Of a DNA stretch of 64,000 nucleotides, positions 53,559 through 64,000 are shown in pieces (position 1 is the stretch's first letter; every line of letters begins with the position of its first letter). Location: NCBI RefSeq assembly GCF_006345805.1, contig NC_043010.1, forward strand, positions 20,894,001 to 20,958,000, in the 5' to 3' direction. Source of the DNA: Octopus sinensis. Its lineage: Eukaryota. Made by a program: the position numbers and the translations under genes. Below the pieces are notes generated by a model. The model was not told the DNA's origin and ran no database searches. It worked only from the letters and a program-made list of their open reading frames with translations.

Positions 53559-55380
53559 TTATGTTGAGAAGATTTCCAAATAAGGGGAGGTAATAAGTGA
53601 TTTCTTCCGGTGTAAGGGAGATAATCGCTTTTTGTCTTTCCTTTGGAGTGAATTTCTCTGTATAATTATGTTGGAATGGTTAAGTCTGGGCTTGTACTTT
53701 TCAATGAAGAATGTTTCCTTGTTTAGTCTAATTTGTGTTGGTGTTCCGATAGCACATTGGTAAAATGGAAAGATTAAAAATTGTGGTAGTAGTTGCTTTG
53801 CGCATTTCTCAATGTGCTCACTAAAGGGTATCATTCTGTATTCTGGGAATGCAATCTGTTGTCGATGCAGTGTGCATTTACGTCTGAGTGATAGTTCCGT
53901 GGATCCCACGTAGTCTTGGTGGCAGCCCGAGCATTTTATGACATAAATTATGTTTTCAGAGGCACAAGTAAAATTAGATTTGATCTTGAATTTCTGTCCC
54001 TCTTTGAAGAGGAATTCTGATCCTTCTAGCAGGTTTGGACATGTTGCACAGTTCGGTCTACCACATTTTTTAACTTTTGCATCCGTAATTTCAGAAAACA
54101 ATTTTGCCTTTGTGAGAATCTTTTTAAGTGATTTAGGTTGTTTGTAGCTTTTAATGATTTGGTGTGTAGTTTAGAATTTCCTTTAATTTGGGGTCCTTAT
54201 GAAGTATGGTAAATTCTGGGTGATGATGGTGAAGGCTTCTTTGTTTCTGGGGTTGTATGTGGATATGTAAGGTAGTATTTCGGGGAAGGTGTGTTGTTGT
54301 TTGTTGAACTTTTCTTAAAGTTTCTATGTTGATTTCTGTTGCACGTCTGATCCCATCCTCTATGAGTTGAGCTGGGTAATGTCTGTCAATTAGGGTGTTT
54401 TTGTTCTTGCAGTCTAAAGTTCCTGGTATTTTGTTTTGACACTATTGTGCATATCCTTCTTGCAAGGTTGAAGGGGATGTTTGTTTTAATGTGTCTTGGG
54501 TGGCATGAATTAAAAAGAAGGTATTGTTTGGCGTCTGTGGCTTTGTAAAAAATGTCTGTTTCTATTTTAAGGTTAATTTTTTTAATTAGTATATCCAAGA
54601 ATGGGAGCTCCTTTTGGTTGTATTCCATAGTGAACTGTATATTTGGGTTTATGCTGTTCAATAGGTTTTTAAATTTTAGGAGTTTATCTGTGTTTTCATT
54701 CCAGCGTATAAAACAATCGTCCAGGAATCGTTTCCAATTCTCTTTTATGTATTGAGAGAGGGGGTTTCCAAAGATTGATAAAGATTCCTGGTAAATGATT
54801 ATTTCCAGGTAGCCCATTGTTAAGTTCGCAATGACTGGTGCTGCCCTTGTACCCATAGCAATTCCGGATTTTTTATGGTAAAATGTATTGTCAAACATGA
54901 AGTGGTTATTATGTAGGATGAATTCAATTGATTTAGTAATGAATTCTTTACTGATCCTTTTTGGTATTTCTTCCGGAAATTGGTCCAACCAGAACTGTAT
55001 TGCCTCTAGTCCATAATTATGAGGTATACTGGTATATAAGTTAACTACATCAAATGAAACCATGATTGTTTCTTCCTTGGCCTTTTTTGGAAGGTGGTTA
55101 ACATATCTAGTCATCTCTGATATGGCTATCGATATGTTAAGGAAGGGTTTCAGGAGGATGTCCATAAATAGACTTAGTCTGTGTGTTTCACATGTTGGGC
55201 CAGCTACAATGGGTCGTAGTTTTAGGTCCCCCGGGTTAGGTGTGTGTATGTAGTCTTTGGTGATTTTTTAATGGTTTCACTTATAATTGGCTTTATGAAT
55301 TTTGGCAGACCATAGAGAGGCTAGGTTTGCATTTAAAGTTTGTTAGAAGTCAATCTCTTTGGTTGTTAGTTCCTTTTCAT
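53559..55380 (-). pseudogene. Penelope-like element (Neptune-like) RT plus GIY-YIG, 5'-truncated and frameshifted
   Basis: LRPIVAGPTC, VSFDVVNLYTSIP, GIAMGTRAAP, RFLDD, LPFLDI, YKATD; Cys linker KCGRPNCATC; IIYVIKC...DYVGST. Both ends lie in (TA)n. Confidence 0.92.
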
Positions 55381-55387
55381 GTGTATA

Positions 55388-55441
<54 letters not shown>

Positions 55442-55717
55442 GATTTGTACATACATACATACTATATATAATATATATATATTATATATAATATATATAT
55501 ATAAAACGATTTCTGTTCAATCTTCGTTCAACTCCATTTCTTCAATTCACTAATAATATTAATATTCAATTATCCGCACCAACGCACGGTTGCAACACCA
55601 TATGGTTGTACCTCCAACCGTGCTGTTTTCTGCTGTGATTTTTGCTACCAAGGTATCGGTTATACTTTTGATTAATCTGCAACAAGATTATTCATCTTTC
55701 TATTTCACAATATATCT

Positions 55718-55759
<42 letters not shown>

Positions 55760-55795
55760 ATATATATATATGTATATATATGTATATATATATAT

Positions 55796-55836
<41 letters not shown>

Positions 55837-55890
55837 ATATATATATATATATATATATATTTAGATTTGTACATACATACATACGTTATA

Positions 55891-56100
55891 TACAAGAGGA
55901 TGCTGAAAGTTCCTGGCTTAAGGATATCACGAAAGGCCTGATTAGAAGCTCACCTTCCCAGTTCTTATACAGGGCTTAGAAAAACTGAAGGACCGCTGCT
56001 ATAAATGTGTTTATCTGAGAGGGTAATATGTTGAAGAAAATCGTAATTAACTGATCCTCGTGTGTTTTCTTTTACTCAAAGCCAGGGACTTTTGTGCATG
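55891..56100. mobile_element. mariner-derived MITE-like element
   Basis: Left end tacaagaggatgctgaaagttcctggct; imperfect inverted right end agccagggactttt; a similar terminus occurs at ~40845. Confidence 0.5.
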
Positions 56101-57399
56101 TTTATTGACATTTGTAAGTCTAACGTTTCGGCAGCCTTGCCATGTGTTTTTTCCACTGGCATTGTGAAACGGTTAGAAATGAATTTCAACGTTCGGATTT
56201 CAATCCCGGCCGAGAACAGATTTATCCTCAATATTTTCAATTTTTATAAACAAATTACAAGAACTGGGATCGATTCTCCTCCCCTCTCTTCCTCCTCCTT
56301 CTCCTTTCTCTGTTTCTTGCTGTGAATAGGATGCGATCAGACTTGAATGGGATGGGCTTTGACAGGTTTGTAACGCCCATGACACACCATATATTTTGAC
56401 GGTGCTCCTCCAATTTTATAAGCAGTCGAGTTGCCTACCCCATCACCATAGAGAAACACACACATACACACGCACAGAGACATATACATGCATACACAGA
56501 TATATACATGCATACACACATACATACATACACGTACACATATATATAGACAAACAACACACTTACACACACACACACGACATGTTTTCTCTTGTCATAA
56601 ACTTAAATAAAACAGGTGAAAAAAAGCATTTTTTTAAATCGGAAAAGAATTTTAACGAAATTTCCATGGATGGGAATAATTCCAGCAGAAGATAATTATT
56701 TATTTATGAACAATGAAAAAGAAACATCCTGGGGCAGGGAAATAATTGTTGCGGAAAGTTGTTTTTGTGAAATGGAGGTAAAAACAACATTATCAAGGAG
56801 ATCGCGTCAGCTGGTAACAACGAAGAACAACGTTTATTTCAAACTCATCAGCTTCCCTTTAGCTGATAAAATTCCTAATATGTTCATTTGTTATAGTAAC
56901 CATTGCTTCAGTGATTCTTGAAGACAAATTGAAGTAATGTAGGAGAAGTTAGCAATAACAGATGTGGCATCGTTAATAGATATTACTTTCACGTCAGTGG
57001 AACCTGATTATCAGAAAACATAGAATTTGAAAAGAAATAACAACTCTCTCTGGGCATGAAAGATATTAAATCTTGTAGTAGTATTTACGGCATTGCTTTC
57101 AATTTTATCCAACATCTTCTTACTCTTTAGTCTACGCTAAAAGAAAAAAAGCTTGATCCATTCGTGAATTACACACATTTTGTTTGCCTGGTCATTTTTA
57201 GGGTGAATGGAAGTAATATATTATCGTATAACGAAGTTTCAGCTCTTGTGGTGATGTAAATGTGGACAAGTTGCAATCCTGTTTAACTGGGGACTGGTGT
57301 ATATATTTACAATTTAGAAAACTGCTGACCTAGCTGACAGGGGTTGGGGTTCTGGATTTGTATTAGGTATATCTTACATATAATAATTATATATATAGA

Positions 57400-57570
57400 T
57401 GCAAGAGTGGCTGTGTGGTAACAGGCTTGCTTCCCAACCACATAGTTCCGGGTTCAGTCCCACTGCGTGACACCTTGGTCACGTGGATTCTACTATAGCC
57501 TCGGGTCGACCAAAGCCTTGTGAGTGGATATAGTACACGGAAACTGAAAGAAGCCCGTCGTGTATATATA

Positions 57571-57614
<44 letters not shown>

Positions 57615-57615
57615 T

Positions 57616-57649
<34 letters not shown>

Positions 57650-57662
57650 ATATATATATTAT

Positions 57663-57714
<52 letters not shown>

Positions 57715-57745
57715 TGTTTGTCCTCCCACCATCGTTTGTCAAACG
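57400..57745 (+). mobile_element. SINE family B (5' two-thirds)
   Basis: Homologous to 48594-48992. Confidence 0.8.
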
Positions 57746-57863
57746 AATTCGTTGAAGAGAGTTTCCTCACGTGATGAGTGTACTGAAAAAAATATATATA
57801 AAAGAAGGAAACGCACACAATTTATATATTTTGAATTTATTTGAAAAGATAGAATAGTATGAA

Positions 57864-57929
57864 TGTCGACCGGTTTCGCGTTTCGCCAATCATGACATAG
57901 AACTGGCAATTCCGTATTTCTTCAGAAGC
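57864..57929 (-). ncRNA. degenerate hammerhead motif
   Basis: CUGAAGA [..uugccag..uuggcga..] GAAA CCGG UC; core and stem III are present but stem I is poor. Confidence 0.4.
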
Positions 57930-57995
57930 TTTTAGTCCATTGTTGCTTGTATGAGAGTTTGTATGTATTGCCATACATACATGATTACATACATA

Positions 57996-58053
<58 letters not shown>

Positions 58054-58096
58054 ATATTAATTAGAGACAAAACCACTATTATGCAATCTTCCCTTT

Positions 58097-58127
<31 letters not shown>

Positions 58128-58481
58128 TATATATATAATATAATATATATATATAAAGGGAGAGAGAGAGTGAGAAATAGAAGTGTATCTGGTGCTAAAA
58201 AGCCATTATTTAATTGGTTAAGCAAGGTGAGGTAAGAGTGAGTTACCTCATCTTGCTTAACTAATTAAATATTGGCCTTTTAGCTCCAAAGACACACTTC
58301 TCATTGTTGTTTTACCTCCATTTTCTGATCGTCTATATATACATTAAACTAGGGTTTACCTTTTTAAATTACCTGCTGCCGTATACCTTATACTAAGGAC
58401 CATACTCACCGAGGTAGTTACCAGGATTGCCTCTGGATACTTCTATTCCTTACAGGGCTTAACACCTCTAACTTATACCTT

Positions 58482-58514
<33 letters not shown>

Positions 58515-58515
<1 letters not shown>

Positions 58516-59463
58516 ACAATGATAAATATCAATGTGAGTTATATACAGTAGCGGTAACACAACGTGACGTATTTTGCCATTTCAATATGGCTAACCCTAA
58601 GGGTGGATGCTACTGTAGTTTTTAGCCCCAGGAGGACACACTCCTCCAGCTGGCCATAGACACACTTTCTGTGTCCTGTCAGTATTGCAAAGGGAAGTCA
58701 TCCTCCCGTCTTCAACTTATGATACACACGGACTCGAGTTTCGAGGTATTGACCATCGTCGCGTGTGACAATCATAGTTGTCGCCGAGAATAGATTTCCT
58801 TCACAAATACTTATTACTTTTTCCAGCGTCCACTGTCGCTGATATTGAAAAAGTGAAATAAACAATGATAAATATCAATGTGAGTTATATACAGTAGCGG
58901 TAACACAACGTGACGTATTTTGCCATTTCAATATGGCTAACCCTAAGGGTGGATGCTACTGTAGTTTTTAGCCACAGGAGGACACACTCCTCCAGCTGGC
59001 CATAGACACACTTTCTGTGTCCTGTCAGTATTTGCAAAGGGAAGTCATCCTTCCCGTCTTCAACTTATGATACACACGGACTCGAGTTTCGAGGTATTGA
59101 CCTCTCGTCTCGTACAGCGTGTGACAATCATAGTTGTCGCCGAGAATTAGATTTCCTTCACAAATACTTATACTTTTTCCAGCGTCCACTGTCGCTGATA
59201 TTGAAAAAGTGAAATCAACAATGATAATATCAATGTGAGTTATATACAGTAGCGGGTAACTACTGACGAGAGGTCAATACCTCGAAACTCGAGTCCGGGT
59301 GTATCATAAGTGAAGACGGGAAGGAGACTTCCCTTTGCAAATACTGACAGGACACAGAAAGTGTGTCTATGGCCAGCTGGAGGAGTGTGTCCTCCTGGGG
59401 CTAAAAACTACAGTAGCATCACCCTTAGGGGTACCATATTGAAATGGCAAAAATACGTCACGT

Positions 59464-59464
<1 letters not shown>
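58515..59464 (-). mobile_element. retrozyme-like tandem array: ~2.1 copies of a ~346-bp HHR unit plus an inverted 200-bp segment
   Basis: Units start at 58515, 58861 and 59217; HHRs at 58725-58767 (-), 59073-59123 (-) and 59263-59301 (+); (TA)n on both flanks. Confidence 0.85.
59263..59301 (+). ncRNA. hammerhead core of the 346-bp unit (inverted copy)
   Basis: CTGACGA GAGGT caat ACCTC GAAA CTCGAG TC cgggtg; the 5' strand of stem I is removed by the inversion junction. Confidence 0.8.
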
Positions 59465-59496
<32 letters not shown>

Positions 59497-60572
59497 TATA
59501 TATAAATATATAAATACATATCTACTATATTATGAAACATTTGTATTACTGTGTTTACAAGACTCTATCACGTGGTCGCTCGACCTGCAAGAAATAGTAA
59601 CCTCATTCCTTACTCTCTTAAAAAGGACACATTGGTTGATGTTGTCCTAACTATACAAGAAATATGGCATGGTAACAGCTGGGAAGTCTTTTGATCATAG
59701 ATTTGTTCGAACAGATCTGACCTGGTGATTAACAAATCAAACAAATCTATCTGTCCAAGTAATATATTGGTTTCGATTTAATCGATTCTACTTCTACTCA
59801 CCGATTGTTGCGACTAGTCCACAGAAATCGATATTTATACTCTTTGATTGCTTTATAACTGGAATATTATTAATTTGTTTTAGTTATCGAACAGTCAGCG
59901 ACAGACAAGGTTCCGTGAGTAATATATACGTTGATTTAGTTTTGACTAATTAGTCACAAGTCACCAATCAGGATAATAAAAAATATATACCGTTGTGGTG
60001 GTCATGCTTATCTTTTCCTCGAATGTATTAATGCTGGGAAGAAAGTGGAATAACAATGATGTAAGATGCCGCTGTAAGAAGGACTGAAATATTGGTTTCA
60101 CGTCTTGGCAATTTCGGGAGAGGGTGTAAGTTGATTAAATCCACCTTAGTGTTCGACTGGTACTTATTTTATCGATTGTGAAAAGATGAAAGGCAAAGTC
60201 GAACTCGGAACTTAAAGACCAACGAAATACCGCTAATCATTTTGCTGAGTTTGCTAACGATTCTGCTAGCTCGTCACCTTAAGAATGACTGCTGTATTGC
60301 TGTTCCTTATTACTCGTTCAACATATCCTAGCAATGGAAAAAAACATTAAAAGAAAAAAAAAAGGAACGGCATCAAAAACAAATTCAAATAATAAACAAA
60401 AAAACTATAGTATCAGTTGTATTCTGGAGAGTGAGGTTGTGGGTAGATCTTGTCAACTGTATCCAAATGCTCTACGAAAGGTTTCGGTCTGTAAATCAAG
60501 GGGTTTATGGTCCGGTAAATTAGTACTGTTTCCAAATCGAGGCACAAAATAGTATTAATCATACCATCAACC

Positions 60573-60613
<41 letters not shown>

Positions 60614-60879
60614 CAATAGTCAGCTGGACCATTATTGCTCATGGTTCATTCTTCTTTTCTATTTCTTTCCTCAAACTCCAAAGCACCTCAACCATGGCCT
60701 GTAAATATAGTCACCAAGTTCTTGACGTCACCAGCAGTTTATTTTATATTATAATTTTTTCCTTGTATACGGCAATTAGACTGGTTGACATAAATTATAT
60801 TCATAATTTCTGTCTTTGAACAGTTCATTAGACCAATATTGCTTTCCTCTCTCTTATTAAAGTAGCCAATATTAATTGC

Positions 60880-61200
60880 CTTTCTTTTGTTATAATCCTC
60901 ACCAAGGCAACGACAGAATCTAGATTAGCACACCAGCTTCTTCTTTTCCGTTAATTATATTCCGCAAACTCTTCCTTGAAGTTTTTTTCCGCCATTACAT
61001 AATCAATCACTAACACAAAATGTAGGGGAGACGGTAAAGGTCCTTGAAGGACACCAGAATTTAACTCAAAATGCTCACTCACAATTCTAAGGACGAGGTT
61101 CTTTCGTACATGGTTAAAATTATAATATTTTTTGTGGATCATGTCATACCTTATCTCTGGCAATGCTTGTAGAATACTAACTAAAGTCTTTGGACAGTCA
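60880..61200 (-). pseudogene. degraded non-LTR RT fragment (RTE-like)
   Basis: SEHFELNSGVLQGPLPSPLHFVLVIDYVM resembles the RT motif GV.QG..LSP.LF...IDY.M. Confidence 0.6.
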
Positions 61201-61939
61201 ATGAGACGCAAGTTATACATACATACATACATACAACATACATACATACATTTTCATATACGACTGTGTGCACATGTGTGTATATGTGTGTGCGTTGACG
61301 CATGGCTTAGTGGTGAGGCTGTTGCACTCATGACTGCAAGATTTTGGTTTCAGCCCCTTGACCAGGCGATGCGCTGTTCTTGAGCAAAACACTTCATTTC
61401 CCGTTGCTCTGGTTTATTCGGCTGGCGAAAATCAGTAATACTGCAAAAGACCGACGTCCCATCCGGAATCCAAGATCCAGATTTACCGCCCCCCCCCTGG
61501 TCAGTGTATTTATTTCGAAATTCAGTTCAAGCTCGCGTAAACTTGTGTAACGTCGTGTATTCCTGTCTAAAATAATGACGAGTATCAACACTTCCATGAG
61601 GCACGCTTGAACATTTGTGAAGATGACATCATATGAAACTATTGGTAGACTTCCTAAGCTACAAATATATAATATTTATCCAACAATGCGGTGTCAAACA
61701 CTCATTCGGACTGTTCGATATTAGAGTATACACACCACACACACACTTATATATATATAAATAGATATATATATACACACACATTTATGCGTTCATATTT
61801 ATATGTTACATATTTTCATATGTATACATTTGTATAACTGCCTTATGTATATAGTAATAATGACACACATACACAGACTTGTAATCATAAGGGTGCGTGC
61901 GTATGTATGCATGTGTGTGCATATATTTGTGTATGTGTG

Positions 61940-62026
<87 letters not shown>

Positions 62027-62335
62027 TGTGTGTAGTGTTTTGTAGCATACGGTCATAAACGGCCCGTTTCAGAGCATTACGTTAAGAGTGCAAGCGTCTG
62101 CCGAATACTTATCAGTTTACCTCATAATACAAAAAGCTGATCATTCCATGGACGGAATAAAACCGACTTGGGACACATTCACTTCATTTTCCACTTATTT
62201 TTGGGGTAAAACTTTAGATTCCTTTATTTTTCTTCATTTTAGGAAGACAAAAATACAGAACACGAGGAACATTCTATTGCTAATTTGATACGCTCCGTGT
62301 TATATATTTATAGCTATGTGTGTGTGTGTGTCTCT

Positions 62336-62373
<38 letters not shown>

Positions 62374-63347
62374 TGCGTGTGTTTATATATGTAGGTATAT
62401 GCTGTATATTATATATGCTATGCAATTTATCTGTCTGTCAGTCAGTCTGTCTCTCACTCTGTCTGTATACACACATACGCACACGCACACGCACACACAC
62501 ACACATGAACACACACACACACGCACGCACACACACACACACACTATATGTATATATATATGCATATAGTATATATTATATATATATATACAAATGTATA
62601 TACATTTTATATATACCTGGTTTTATATGTATAGATATAGTGTAAATATGTATCCACATCTGTGTGTATATATGCATATGTATGTATTTATATATGTATC
62701 TACATATATATATATAAATATATATATATATGCATATATATATATCATGCATATATATACATATATACATATATTTGCCTATACTCACACTCCCACAAAC
62801 GCACAAACATACACAGGTACATACATATACATACACGCACATACACCTAAACACCCACGTACACGTGTGTGCACACACACACACACTCACGTAGACACAC
62901 ACACAGGGACACACACACACGTACGCATACACATTCGCACACAAGTTGTTGTTTCCAAGCATGTCCACAAATCAAATCGGGTAGGCTCTTGACAACTCTC
63001 GCTATTCAATCACTAAAACAAAAGCCGCAACCAGTTGCTCCTATTTATCCTGGGTTTCATTGCATCTCTTCCACACAACGGTATTCTCACATTCTCAGAT
63101 GAAATTGTATATAAATAGGAAATATACGTATATTTAAGCAATACCATAGCTAGCTAGATGTGTCTACAAAAGAATACTTATATAAATCATTATGTTAAAA
63201 GGATATTGACAGGAAATTTCAAAATTTTCACATAGAAAACTTGTTGGTTAGAAAACTGCGCACAAATTGTCAATTATGCATGTCAGAAAAAGGCAGGAAA
63301 TAGAGTTTATAGATAGCGCCACGTGTCAATTTGGTCTGCAATCATTA

Positions 63348-63441
<94 letters not shown>

Positions 63442-63637
63442 ATTAGTATATATATATATAATGATTATATATAAATATATATATATATGATCATTTTATT
63501 TTATATATATACATATATATAATCAATTTTCATATATGTGCATATATAATCATTATATATATAATCATATATATATATGTATATATATGTACACACACAC
63601 ACACACACTCATATATATAATTATATATAATCATATC

Positions 63638-63670
<33 letters not shown>

Positions 63671-63680
63671 ATGTAATATA

Positions 63681-63718
<38 letters not shown>

Positions 63719-64000
63719 CGAATATATATGGTGTGAAACTCCTTTCGAATGTTTTTCCTCCTACTGGGAAATAGTTTGTATGAAAGAGAAAATCTTACCG
63801 AAACATTCACACATCACATCGTTTTTCTTTTCTACCAATCTCATTCTAGTTCTTCTCGTTTCTCTTTCCATATGTATAGCTACAACACGAGCAGTGAAGG
63901 TACTTGCCTAAGGGCTTTCGGTATTTGGTTCACAGCTATAAGGCCGTGAGTTCGGAACCAAACATTTTATTTCTTTATTTCCCGTTGTCGCATTGCAGTC

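Noticed and set aside
56880-57010. Possible minus-strand host exon after an AG acceptor
   Set aside because: Only ~36 open codons with no recognisable motif or partner exons.

Overview
AT-rich, microsatellite-saturated eukaryotic DNA with one 100-N gap (7058-7157). The SINE families and the density of (TA)n/(CA)n/(TATC)n/(TATG)n suggest an octopus genome (inference). I found no host protein-coding exon, and most ORFs in the track are microsatellite read-through. Recognisable coding remnants are all transposable elements: a near-full-length frameshifted L1/Tx1-type LINE (ORF2 16159-19532), two Penelope-like elements (PLEs; RT plus GIY-YIG), CR1, RTE and R4/Dong fragments, and maT-type Tc1/mariner remnants. 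There are also a non-autonomous Helitron and many tRNA-derived SINEs. The main unannotated signal is non-coding: many type-I hammerhead ribozyme (HHR) motifs in several unrelated short elements inserted into (TA)n. These include a ~346-bp tandem retrozyme-like array with an inverted 5' end (58515-59464), a 542-bp terminally redundant unit, a 430-bp palindrome with an HHR on each strand, and cores in which the 3:8 pair appears as C:G, G:C and U:A. All folds were read by eye, and boundaries of degraded repeats are approximate.
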